64,000 nucleotides of DNA. Origin: Armatimonadota bacterium. GTDB lineage: Bacteria > Armatimonadota > Hebobacteria > CAIYQO01. Each line of letters starts with the position of its first letter. The stretch's first letter is position 1. The notes under the pieces are model-generated. The model did not search any database and was not told where the DNA came from. It saw only the letters and a list, made by a program, of their open reading frames with translations. Of this stretch, positions 10,540 to 20,544 are shown one piece after another. Where the stretch lies: the NCBI GenBank assembly GCA_038248345.1, contig JBBRXO010000002.1:6506-70505 (forward strand), given 5' to 3'. A program made the position numbers and the translations under genes.

Positions 10540-11279
10540 TTGCTACCTCCTGCTATGATTTGCTTGTTACGTTTCCCATCCGTTACAGACATACTACTAT
10601 CTGTTATTCTAGTCACGCTCCACCCGGAACCGGGGATCGCCTGACCCTTAACCACTTGATAATACTGACCATTAAACATGCCGAATGCCATCGGGCGCGC
10701 CTCTGTCATAATGATTCCGCGGAGTCCAAAATCGGGCACCGGCGGCTCAACATCAGCTGCGAGTAACAGGTTGTACGCTTCTAACACTTCCATCGAAGGC
10801 CCTTCTAACGTGAGCATACCGTTTTTAATGGTAACAGTTACACCTGATTTTTCTACAACTGCTTTGGCTGTCTCGCCGTCAATCCACAACAGCTTGTGCG
10901 GTTCACTCTTCATTTTAATATCATCAGACGAATAGTCCGTCCTACCATCGGGCAATTTCCCTATTCCTGTTTTTGAGGTACCAGTTGTACCTTCCGAAAC
11001 CGGTGGTTCAACTGTCACAACATCGTCTTTTTTCTTCTCACCGACAAATGGATCACGAACTATCTCACCGACGAGATTATCTACACTCCTGTTGCGCGCC
11101 CAGTCTAAAGGGGCGGACGCTGGTAGAGCATCAACAGTTGTCGTAGATGTTGTAGCCGGCTTGGTTGCGTTAGAAGGTGCCGGGGTTGTCGGTTTGATGG
11201 TGAAATAAACTGCAACCAGCAATCCTACCAGCATTACTCCTAATACAATATATTGAATTGTCTGTTTATTCATGCTCAT
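10536..11279 (-). CDS. PilP-like pilus assembly protein (assigned mainly by position between pilO and pilQ; N-terminal TM anchor, low-complexity linker, C-terminal beta-rich domain)
   Basis: Gene order pilM-N-O-[this]-Q with ATGA overlaps on both sides. Confidence 0.45.
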   Translation of the reverse strand: MSMNKQTIQYIVLGVMLVGLLVAVYFTIKPTTPAPSNATKPATTSTTTVDALPASAPLDWARNRSVDNLVGEIVRDPFVGEKKKDDVVTVEPPVSEGTTGTSKTGIGKLPDGRTDYSSDDIKMKSEPHKLLWIDGETAKAVVEKSGVTVTIKNGMLTLEGPSMEVLEAYNLLLAADVEPPVPDFGLRGIIMTEARPMAFGMFNGQYYQVVKGQAIPGSGWSVTRITDSSMSVTDGKRNKQIIAGGSK

Positions 11280-11986
11280 TTCGCCTCCCCTCCCTTCAAC
11301 TTGGCCGCCTTAACTACATCAGATTCTTTCTGATTCTGCGAGGGAATAATAATCGCATACGTTTCGATCGATGTAGTTATCTGCATCTTGCCATCTTTAA
11401 TCCCGGAAGGAGTCACCGCAATCGACTTGACGTAAACTAGCTTCTGGAAATTTCGGAGACCATCAAGAAACTTCATCAAACTGGTGTAAGTTCCGTTAAT
11501 TGTAAGGCTTATCTTCATCACCTGCGTAGCATTAGCCGGAGCCTTCGGGGCTGCGGCGGGTGTCGCCGCGGCTGCATCCGTAGGTGCGGGTGGCGGCGGA
11601 GGTGCCTGGCTAGCGAATGGCCCCTTTGTAGGATCAAACGGTTTGATATCACCTGGGTTGATTACAATCAGGTCGTTCCCCGTATTAAAAGCGACTTTCT
11701 GAATCTGCTCCAAGTAGGTCGGGAGGTACTTAACGTCTGTTAGATCCTTGTCAAGCTCACCCTGTAATAATATGTTCCGCTCCAATTCCGCTTTCAATTC
11801 ACCTTTTTTGTCTAACTTCTCTTTTAACTCCTTGATCTGCTTCCTGGTGTCCGCATTGGCGGTCACCTTCTTGGTTACCTCAATCATCTGCATTTGATAA
11901 CCGACTACTCCAAGGGCCATAATAACCAGGCCTATGGCGATTATGATGACAAGTGCGATAGTGAAACGAGAATTACTCTTTTGCAT
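11276..11986 (-). CDS. pilO: PilO-like type IV pilus assembly protein (TM anchor, coiled coil, periplasmic domain, Pro/Ala-rich linker)
   Basis: Architecture and position in the pilMNOPQ operon. Confidence 0.55.
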   Translation of the reverse strand: MQKSNSRFTIALVIIIAIGLVIMALGVVGYQMQMIEVTKKVTANADTRKQIKELKEKLDKKGELKAELERNILLQGELDKDLTDVKYLPTYLEQIQKVAFNTGNDLIVINPGDIKPFDPTKGPFASQAPPPPPAPTDAAAATPAAAPKAPANATQVMKISLTINGTYTSLMKFLDGLRNFQKLVYVKSIAVTPSGIKDGKMQITTSIETYAIIIPSQNQKESDVVKAAKLKGGEAK

Positions 11987-12570
11987 TATAAGTCTCCTCC
12001 TTTCATATCTGCAATTGGAACCGTTACTTCAAAATGTACAGATTTTACTGTGTTGCCCGGGCCAGGCTCAATACTAATGGTACCGACTTTGGTCTTTTCG
12101 TTAGCGGCCCAGTCTGTCTTCGACAAGCTGACCATGTACTCTCCCAACGTTTTCTCATCTGGGGCAGAGCCAGCCATCTTGATATCGACACCTTTATCAG
12201 TGCTGTTAACAGTGAAACTTGTAATCGTTACACCTGGAAAAGCAAGGCTGATCTTACTGACATCCGCCAGAATGATCATCCACACTGCTTCGCTTACTCG
12301 CACTTGATTAATCAGCATAATGTGCGGTTTTATCTTATCAATTTCGCTCTGGATTGCATCGTATTCCTTCTTGGATTCCATCCTTGAATCAAGATCAGCT
12401 TTTTGGTATACCTGGTCTCTGCTCTATGTCGCCAAGGATATCCCCGCAGCCACATTGAGACCTATCATCGCAACGAGCACCACTACTACGAACATAGATG
12501 ACCATCTGATGATGTTCATCTCGCGCAATCGTTTGGCGCGGCGCTCGGCGATCAAGTTAATATTGATCAT
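11986..12570 (-). CDS. pilN: PilN-like pilus assembly protein whose reading frame contains one in-frame TAG stop (codon 49, at 12426..12424) between the TM anchor (MININLIAERRAKRLREMNIIRWSSMFVVVVLVAMIGL...) and the periplasmic domain (track ORF 11986..12381)
   Basis: My own translation of the minus strand from the ATG at 12570..12568 (ATGA overlap with the pilM stop); same frame as the 11986..12381 ORF; classic PilN N-terminus. Confidence 0.55.
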
Positions 12571-13715
12571 CGGCGTGGCTCCTTTTCAAATGCGAGCATC
12601 GGCTCCCGCAATGCGAGTCCCAAAGCCGTAGAAAGTAGCGGTAGCTGGGATTCCAGACCCTCAGCGCCTTCTGGCAAGAGTAGTGCGCCAGAATGGATTA
12701 CATTCAATACCTGCACCGGCACTCCGAGTTGTCCGGCAAGGTATTCGCACAGGCCATTCATTTTTGCAGTGCCGCCTGTAAGAATAACTCGCGAGACACC
12801 TTGGATGGCTGCTGAATCTGGCGTCCGCTGGTAATCATAGAAAGCGAAGGATCGGCGAATCTCGCGAACAAGCTCTTCCAACTCTGGCTCCAGCGCCCGG
12901 CTGGCTTCCTGCCCCAGTGGTGTTAGCATCGCCCGGTCGACTTCATCTGTTACCACCTTAACTTCGTTTTCCTTAACTTCTTCCGCTTGCGATGAACTAA
13001 TGCCCATTGCAGAAGCGATTGCCTCCGTTAGTGCATTGCCCGCAGATGCTACTGATCGTGTCAGTTTGAAGACTCCATCCGAGACGATAGTGATGGAAGT
13101 ATAGGTCGCGCCAATATCAACTAATGCCACGGTCTCCTGTACTTGCGACCCCTGCATTAATTCCACTGCGCTTCTCATCAAGGCAAACGGTTCCAGTTCG
13201 ATGGCAAGTGGTTCTAATCCAGCCTGTTCCAGCGCCTGGACACGACGATCCACCAGATCTCGCGGGGTGGCTGCCAACATGACGTCCATTTGCGGTGTAC
13301 CATCAGCTGCGCTGGTGCCCAGAATCTGCAACTCCACCAGGCTATCTTCTACCGGGAAGGTTATGTAATTACGCGCTTCCCAGTAAATTGATTTGCGTAA
13401 CTGGTTCTCTGGCATAGATGGTAGCAATACCTGACGTATTACCACCGAAGGCCCAGCCACCGCGGCAATTGCCAACGGAGTCTGAATCCCTAAAGTCTGC
13501 AACAGTGTATGAATTGCTTCAGCTACTGCCAACTGATTATCAACGACACCCAGCTTGATAGCGTCGGGCGGCGTTGGCGTGCTTCCGGCATGTGTCAGCA
13601 GGTAACCATTGCGTGTATATACGACTTCCACTACCTTAATTGAGTGGCTGCCGATATCAATTCCCACGGTCTCACTGGTGCCGGAGAATCTGCTCAACAG
13701 ATTCATATCTGGCAA
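12567..13715 (-). CDS. pilM: Type IV pilus assembly ATPase-fold protein PilM (actin/FtsA-like)
   Basis: MPDMNLLSRFSGTSETVGIDIGSHSIKVVEV... and overall PilM-like length and order. Confidence 0.8.
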   Translation of the reverse strand: MPDMNLLSRFSGTSETVGIDIGSHSIKVVEVVYTRNGYLLTHAGSTPTPPDAIKLGVVDNQLAVAEAIHTLLQTLGIQTPLAIAAVAGPSVVIRQVLLPSMPENQLRKSIYWEARNYITFPVEDSLVELQILGTSAADGTPQMDVMLAATPRDLVDRRVQALEQAGLEPLAIELEPFALMRSAVELMQGSQVQETVALVDIGATYTSITIVSDGVFKLTRSVASAGNALTEAIASAMGISSSQAEEVKENEVKVVTDEVDRAMLTPLGQEASRALEPELEELVREIRRSFAFYDYQRTPDSAAIQGVSRVILTGGTAKMNGLCEYLAGQLGVPVQVLNVIHSGALLLPEGAEGLESQLPLLSTALGLALREPMLAFEKEPRR

Positions 13716-13785
13716 CTCCTCTCCCGATGCGAATACTATGCATCAATCCTGACTCTAGAATATCAACTACTGACATACTACCAGG

Positions 13786-16506
13786 TTATTTCTTACTAAT
13801 CAACGCGTATGTACCACTCGTGGTATTGTAGGTAGCTTCCATATTCAGTGTCTTCGCCAGGAAGCTTAACGGAACCATTGTACGGTTTCCAACAATATGT
13901 GCCGGTCGTTTCAGGTCTATAATATCGCTATTCACCTTGGCTTGTGCTGATTCAATCTGGACATCAACAAATGACCCATTTGCCCAGGCATTCACTGCCT
14001 GATTCTTCTCTAACCAGACTACTACGCCACCCTTGGCTTCAATCAGCATACGCATCGGCACCATCGCTACGTCATTCACTACATACGGTGATGGGTAATA
14101 CGCGCCGCTGGCAATTACCGGCTTGTTATCTAAGTATATTCTTCCATTCGCCAACGGAACGATAATCTCCTTTTCCGGGACAAATTGAATTCCTGGGTTA
14201 AGCTGTTGTAACTCTACCGGGGAACTATGATATGCTTCTGCGATGGAATTGATCGAATCACCTTGTCTGATAATATAGCTGGACTGTGCGCTGATATTTG
14301 ACCCTATCGGGGTTACATCGATATTTGTTGCAACTGGCACACTAGCAATAATCGTTGTAAAGTAACTCGCTGCCTCGGTATCGTTGGCTTGATATGAGCG
14401 CGGTAGCTCACTGTAGCTGCTGATGCCAGGATAGTCAATGCTCATGTTAGCCGCACTGACTGATGGCAATGATGCTAATGACAACCAGGCAGGTCGGCTG
14501 AACGATGTGCCAGCTTTGGCATAGCCAGCAACTTCATTATGTCCCGGCTGGCCAGGGGTGATCTCATGGGTGCGGGTGGTAGAAGTGTAAGCGGCGTAAT
14601 TGTTGACTTCACCATTCCCTGTCTGGCGGCGGGGCGCGGCAAACATCCCTTGCACCGGGGCAATGATTGTTCTTTCCGCTACTCCTGGAGTATTGGGGGA
14701 TGCCGGTACACCGAAACTGGTTTCGCTCTTAATATTCCCAGCACCTACCGTTGAATATGCTTGCGGCGTCTTCGGCACATTCGGATTAATAGTCCGGGCA
14801 TTTGCAACATCAGAAATCACCGCATTGTGTGCAGGCATTTTACTTCCCGGCGTTACCGCCAGGATAGTCATCGTCGAATTGTATTGAGGGGTTCCTACAT
14901 TGGTTGATGCAGTGGCTACAGCTGGCGACATTGGAACAGCGTAGTTACTGCCTGAATAATTATTCCCGACTTTTATCGAGGCCATCAGTATCGGTAAGAC
15001 TTTTTCGTCTGGTGATATCGGCCTACTATTAACCGCGCCCGCCACTATTGCAACATTTCCGGGTAATCCGGCTACCGGCTGCTCGGTGAGATTCACCATC
15101 AAAGCATTATTTTGTGGGCTGCCCGAGGTGAGCAATTGGTGCGCTGGTGTGTCATTCAGGTTGATGTTCGGCATAGTTGTGGCCATTACCATTCCGAGTG
15201 GATTAGTCGAACCAATAGTTGTTCCACCGTTCGCAATGGCGGCATTCAGTACCGGTGTTGTAGCCAATGCCGGACTTACTTTGTTAACGATCTCCTTCGG
15301 CAATGTAGTATAGGTCGGAAATTCGCGGCCTAACATTGGATTCATGGCATCGACCGGAGCGCCGACCGTCAGCTGTGCTGGCGAATATGCATTGTAACCG
15401 ACCGCCGGGACAATGATCGGATTGCGCATCGGTGTATATGACGTATAGGTATTCAATGGAGCCAGAGAATTTCCCTTATATGCCAATGCCATCGGGGTAG
15501 TTAACCCATATGCGCGCAATGGTGATGAGCTGGCAAATACGTTGTTCAGTGACTTATTACTTACAGGTACCAGCGCGATGAGATCCTGCAAAATGCCGGG
15601 GGTATACATCTTCGGGCGTGCTGACAGGCCATAAGCCAGCATGGGGACGCCGTAATCTGCGCGGGAGGCGAAGGGCATGTCATTTACGCTACCGAGCATT
15701 GTCGGATGGGATAACCCCAGATAATCATTTAGATTGATCGATTTCGTCGAAGGGTACAGGTTGTTTAAGAACGTCTCAACTCTCTGTGATGGATCGTGCC
15801 CTACTCTTACTGCGACCACCGGGCTGACTGCACGGTTATCAGATATATCGAGAGCTGAGGCGGATAGAACATATTCGCCGGGAGTTAGTTTCGCTTTAAT
15901 TGGATCCCAGGAGATCGTGTATGGGTATTCACTGGTGATACCGTAGGGGACATTGTTGACATACACCGTGATATATTTGATGCCGGCATCACCTGATGCT
16001 TCTACTTTAATATTTACCGGGCCGACGATCTCTGCCCCATTTGTCGGGCTGATGATCCGCACAGTAGGAGGAGTGACCTTCTTGGGAGCGATGGTATTCT
16101 GCAGATAGAAACTCACCTGACGCTCCGCATAACGACCGCGGGTATCGGACAGGCGAATGTTAAATACGTGCGTACCAGGCTCCAACATCGGAGTATAGAC
16201 ACTTAGATCACCGTCGATGCGGAAGGAATAAGACTGCCCCGGCTGGGCTTTGGCTAGATTAACATCACCCTTTATGAAGCGACGCCCATCGATGGTAGTC
16301 TCGTAATGATTAATTTGTGCGTCAATGGGATTGACGAACTGCACGGCCACCGGAAAGGCCGAAGTGGAGATGGGATTATTGGGCAACGGCAGTAATAACT
16401 GCATTTGCATGCCACCATCTTGTGCCTGCACCGGAACGACCACGGCTAATAACGTGAGCGCGAGGGCAACTACAAACAACCCGAACTGAGATCGACTTCC
16501 CATCAT
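13786..16506 (-). CDS. Large secreted envelope protein: signal peptide, N-terminal Ig-like domains, about 400-aa S/T/A/P/N-rich low-complexity linker, LysM-like motif (YIIRQGDSINSIAEAY...), C-terminal copper-amine-oxidase-N-terminal-like (stalk) domain
   Basis: Domain motifs read from the translation; only about 70 bp upstream of pilM on the same strand; candidate sigma70 promoter (TTGACT-N17-TAATTT on the minus strand) about 100 nt upstream of its AGGAGG RBS. Confidence 0.5.
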   Translation of the reverse strand: MMGSRSQFGLFVVALALTLLAVVVPVQAQDGGMQMQLLLPLPNNPISTSAFPVAVQFVNPIDAQINHYETTIDGRRFIKGDVNLAKAQPGQSYSFRIDGDLSVYTPMLEPGTHVFNIRLSDTRGRYAERQVSFYLQNTIAPKKVTPPTVRIISPTNGAEIVGPVNIKVEASGDAGIKYITVYVNNVPYGITSEYPYTISWDPIKAKLTPGEYVLSASALDISDNRAVSPVVAVRVGHDPSQRVETFLNNLYPSTKSINLNDYLGLSHPTMLGSVNDMPFASRADYGVPMLAYGLSARPKMYTPGILQDLIALVPVSNKSLNNVFASSSPLRAYGLTTPMALAYKGNSLAPLNTYTSYTPMRNPIIVPAVGYNAYSPAQLTVGAPVDAMNPMLGREFPTYTTLPKEIVNKVSPALATTPVLNAAIANGGTTIGSTNPLGMVMATTMPNINLNDTPAHQLLTSGSPQNNALMVNLTEQPVAGLPGNVAIVAGAVNSRPISPDEKVLPILMASIKVGNNYSGSNYAVPMSPAVATASTNVGTPQYNSTMTILAVTPGSKMPAHNAVISDVANARTINPNVPKTPQAYSTVGAGNIKSETSFGVPASPNTPGVAERTIIAPVQGMFAAPRRQTGNGEVNNYAAYTSTTRTHEITPGQPGHNEVAGYAKAGTSFSRPAWLSLASLPSVSAANMSIDYPGISSYSELPRSYQANDTEAASYFTTIIASVPVATNIDVTPIGSNISAQSSYIIRQGDSINSIAEAYHSSPVELQQLNPGIQFVPEKEIIVPLANGRIYLDNKPVIASGAYYPSPYVVNDVAMVPMRMLIEAKGGVVVWLEKNQAVNAWANGSFVDVQIESAQAKVNSDIIDLKRPAHIVGNRTMVPLSFLAKTLNMEATYNTTSGTYALISKK

Positions 16507-16676
16507 AATTCCTCCTGGCGGCGCGGCTTACACCTGCGATCTATGACGTCTATTTTCCGACTCATAGCGGTTTGCCGATCCACTGGTTGTACACTATTGT
16601 TTAAATTATCATAAGAACGGGTCTAAGTCAATATCTTTTTCAATGTTTGAGAAAATAGACAAGTCTTCATTTTTTG

Positions 16677-16785
16677 TTGGGGCACATGGCATGTGCCCTC
16701 TATACGGGATATGGGATTATATGACCAATTGTAAGGTATGATTACGACATGGGCACAAGCCTTTTGCCCCTATAATCGGGTTGTT
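16677..16785 (+). repeat. Double-hairpin intergenic repeat, copy A (GGGGCACATGG/CATGTGCCC ... GGGCACAAGCC/TTTTGCCCC)
   Basis: About 90% identical to 43467..43575 and reverse-complement-similar to 19865..19958. Confidence 0.7.
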
Positions 16786-16856
16786 GTTTGCTTGCCGCTC
16801 AATTTTTCGGCTTACAATTATGTACAGATTCTCTGCGTGCCGATATTTCAACCCCA

Positions 16857-17960
16857 CTACCCCAGCACCTTCTCCAACGCGGCAACGAATTTTTTATTTT
16901 CCGCTTCCGTCCCGAAGGTCACCCTGATCATTGTCGGGTAGCCGAAGATGTCGCCAGTGCGTACGATCACTCCCTGTTTCAGCAACTGCTGGAACACCTC
17001 ACGGCACGGTTTGCCGGTATCTACCAGCACAAAGTTGGCCTCACTGGGGACGTAGGTAAGACCCAGCCGATCAAACGCGCCATAGAGCAGCACCTTGCCC
17101 GCTTCGTTGGCGGCGATACTACGCGGGATCTGCTCGGGATCGTTGAGGCTGGCGATGGCCGCCCACTGCGCCAGATTCGCCACGTTGAATGGCTCGCGCA
17201 CCTGGTTCAACGCCGTCATCACCTCCGGGCGGCTACTCACTCCATAGCCGACGCGCAAACCTGCGAGGGCGTAGATCTTCGAAAAGGTGTGCAACACGAT
17301 GACGTTTTTGCCCGCCTTCACATACTCCATCGCCGAACCAAAGGCCGGGTTGGTCGCATACTGATAATATGCCTCGTCCAGCACCACCAGCACGTGCTCC
17401 GGCACGCGTGCAATGAAGGAATCCACTTCCGCCTTAGTATTCACCGCTCCAGTGGGGTTGTGCGGGTTGGCGATATACAACAGTTTTGTGTTGGGGGTGA
17501 TCGCTGCCAGCATCCCCTCCAGATCATGAGCGAAATCAGCGCGCAGCTCCACCTTCACCGGGACAGCGCCCATCAATAAGGTGCTGATCTCGTACATACT
17601 GAAAGGCGGGTCGCCCATCACCACTTCGTCGCCCGGCTCCAGATAGGCAGTGGCGAGGAAATGCATTACCTCGTCGCTGCCGCGTCCGGCGATTATCTGC
17701 CCGGCTTCCACGCCGAGAGTAGCCGCCAGTGCTGTGCGTAATTCAAAGCTATCGTTATCGGGATAGAGGCGGACATCACGCAGGTGCTCCTGCATCGCCG
17801 CAACTGCCAGCGGTGACGGCCCCAGCGGGTTCTCGTTCGACGCCAGTTTGATGATCGACTTCGGATCCAGTCCCAACTCACGTGCCACTTCCTCAATCGG
17901 CTTCCCCGGCGAATACGGCGTAATCGCGTCAATAGCTGCTCTGTATGATGTCTTACTCAT
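16857..17960 (-). CDS. hisC: Histidinol-phosphate aminotransferase
   Basis: KLASNENPLGPSPLAV..., class II aminotransferase motifs, about 367 aa. Confidence 0.8.
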   Translation of the reverse strand: MSKTSYRAAIDAITPYSPGKPIEEVARELGLDPKSIIKLASNENPLGPSPLAVAAMQEHLRDVRLYPDNDSFELRTALAATLGVEAGQIIAGRGSDEVMHFLATAYLEPGDEVVMGDPPFSMYEISTLLMGAVPVKVELRADFAHDLEGMLAAITPNTKLLYIANPHNPTGAVNTKAEVDSFIARVPEHVLVVLDEAYYQYATNPAFGSAMEYVKAGKNVIVLHTFSKIYALAGLRVGYGVSSRPEVMTALNQVREPFNVANLAQWAAIASLNDPEQIPRSIAANEAGKVLLYGAFDRLGLTYVPSEANFVLVDTGKPCREVFQQLLKQGVIVRTGDIFGYPTMIRVTFGTEAENKKFVAALEKVLG

Positions 17961-18066
17961 TGGTTCTCCTATCGCATAACTCTTTGCACTATTTTATCTC
18001 TTTCTCCTTTTAGAAGCAAACCATAAGGTCTGGTCAATCATTCAATAAAATGCTCTCTGTGCTTCT

Positions 18067-18160
18067 AATTCACAGGATTTCAGGATACGACAAAGATATC
18101 AAGGATAAAATATATATCTTATCCTTCCAATACACACTATCCTGTATATCCTGTGAATTA
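18067..18160. promoter_or_regulatory. Nested palindromes upstream of amt (aattcacaggat ... atcctgtgaatt, inner aaggataa/ttatcctt); candidate operator
   Basis: 12-bp perfect inverted repeats about 70 bp apart, read directly from the sequence. Confidence 0.3.
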
Positions 18161-18314
18161 AAACTATACAATCAACTGCTACGTAACAAACATTTAACAA
18201 TTCGACACATCCCGGCAATCTGCGTACACAGCCGCGCAACATTGAGTGGATATCATATAAACGTAACCTTCACACTTGCGTGGAGATATTGTATCCAGAA
18301 AGGGAGGAGTAACG

Positions 18315-19841
18315 ATGAAAAAGATGAGAGAACACCTTGAAGGTATCTCGATGTGGCGACTGGCAATTCTGGTCGCTATGCTGCTGACGCTGGGCGCGGT
18401 AGCGATGGCACAGGGGGCAGGCGCTGATGTGCTGCCTATGGATGCGCAAGCCATTACCGATGCTGTAAAAGATGCGAAGTCCGCTGGTGTTTCAGCGGGA
18501 GATACCGCGTGGATGCTCATGGCCACCGCGCTGGTACTCCTCATGACTCCGGGGCTGGCGCTCTTCTACGCAGGTATGGTACGCCGCAAGAATGCACTCG
18601 GAACTATCATGCAAAGCTTTATGGCCATGGCAGTCATCAGCATTCAATGGGTATTGATCGGCTACACGCTGGCCTTTGGCCCCACCATTAACGGGTGGAT
18701 CGGCGGCATGTCGTGGGCAGGTTTGAACGGCGTCACCGGCGTGCCCAATGCCGATTATGCGGCGACCATTCCGCACTTGGTCTTTATGGCGTTCCAAATG
18801 ATGTTCGCCATCATCACCCCGGCGCTCATCTTCGGCGCAGTGGCAGAACGTATGAAGTTCAAGGCTTTCATAATCTTCCTGCTGCTCTGGGCGACCATTA
18901 TCTATGATCCGCTGGCACACTGGGTATGGGGCTTCAACGGCTTGTTGCGCCCTGGGCAATTATTCGCCCAACTTGGCTTCGGCAGTGGCGCCATGGCTTT
19001 GGACTTCGCTGGTGGTCTAGTAGTGCACATCTCGGCTGGTATCACCGCACTGGTGGCAGCGCTGGTACTCGGCAAGCGCCGCGGCTATCCGCATGAACCA
19101 ATGCCACCGCACAACCTGCCCATGACCGTTCTCGGCGCTGCTCTCTTATGGTTCGGTTGGTTCGGCTTCAATGCCGGCTCTGCTCTGGGAGCCAATGGAT
19201 TGGCGGGCTACGCCTTCGTCAACACCAATACCGCCACTGCCGCTGCAGTACTGGCCTGGGTATTTATCGAATGGATGCACCATGGCAAGCCGACTGTCCT
19301 CGGTGCGGCCTCCGGCGCGGTGGCTGGCCTGGTCGCCATTACCCCTGCTGCTGGCTTTATTCAACCGTGGGCGGCCATCCTTATCGGCCTGGCGGCTGGT
19401 GGTATCTGTTACGGAGCCGTCAATCTGCGCTTCAAGCTCGGATACGATGACAGCCTCGACGCTTTTGGCGTACACGGCATCGGTGGTATGCTCGGCGCTA
19501 TTCTCACCGGTGTCTTCGCCACCACCGCAGTCAACCCGGCGGGCGCCAACGGACTGCTCTACGGCAACCCGGCGCAATTGGGAATCCAATTGTTATCGGT
19601 TTTGATCTCGGTAGTATTCTGCGGCGTGGGCGCATTCCTGCTGCTCAAGCTTACCAGTCTGGTCACCGGCGGCCTGCGCCTCTCCAAGGCCGAGGAAGCC
19701 GAAGGTATGGATATCAGCGAACACGGCGAGAATGGCTACAACCTGGGCGACATCCCACTGGGACACGGCGGCAGCCCCGCCCCGGTAGGCCATCACCCCG
19801 CCCCCATTCCCTCGCTGGCAGCAGCGAAGGCCATGGAGTAA
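18315..19841 (+). CDS. amt: Ammonium transporter (Amt family)
   Basis: Amt-family motifs (DFAGGLVVHISAG..., GAVAERMKF); start chosen at MKKMREH with a GGGAGGAG RBS. Confidence 0.85.
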   Translation: MKKMREHLEGISMWRLAILVAMLLTLGAVAMAQGAGADVLPMDAQAITDAVKDAKSAGVSAGDTAWMLMATALVLLMTPGLALFYAGMVRRKNALGTIMQSFMAMAVISIQWVLIGYTLAFGPTINGWIGGMSWAGLNGVTGVPNADYAATIPHLVFMAFQMMFAIITPALIFGAVAERMKFKAFIIFLLLWATIIYDPLAHWVWGFNGLLRPGQLFAQLGFGSGAMALDFAGGLVVHISAGITALVAALVLGKRRGYPHEPMPPHNLPMTVLGAALLWFGWFGFNAGSALGANGLAGYAFVNTNTATAAAVLAWVFIEWMHHGKPTVLGAASGAVAGLVAITPAAGFIQPWAAILIGLAAGGICYGAVNLRFKLGYDDSLDAFGVHGIGGMLGAILTGVFATTAVNPAGANGLLYGNPAQLGIQLLSVLISVVFCGVGAFLLLKLTSLVTGGLRLSKAEEAEGMDISEHGENGYNLGDIPLGHGGSPAPVGHHPAPIPSLAAAKAME

Positions 19842-19864
19842 CCGGGGGAACCAAAAGGACGTAT

Positions 19865-20319
<455 letters not shown>

Positions 20320-20342
20320 CGAACAACTGAATACGGTCTGAA

Positions 20343-20385
20343 CAGCAGGGTCTACTCCATCGGGGTAGGCCCTGCTGGTTTGATG
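20343..20385 (+). terminator. Stem-loop after glnK (cagcagggtctac...gtaggccctgctg followed by a gttt run)
   Basis: Inverted repeat read directly from the sequence. Confidence 0.35.
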
Positions 20386-20544
20386 AACCCCTGAGAACGC
20401 CAATCTCCGCATTGGCCCGTAGCCCGCGCCCGCCGTGGCGCGTGTCAAGTTGCACGCAGGATGCGTGCGCTCCCAGCAACCTACCTCCCACCTCCAGTTG
20501 ACGTCACCCCCTCATTACCCGCATAATTTACCGGGGGACTTATT

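Noticed and set aside
18276-18314. Upstream in-frame start for amt (track ORF begins at 18276), and similarly extended track starts for glnK, radA, osmC, pstC, ygiQ, vapB, the porin, the response regulator and the ABC ATPase
   Set aside because: In each case an internal ATG has a canonical RBS at the right spacing and the N-terminal extension lacks homology. Shorter starts were chosen, and the exact start remains uncertain.
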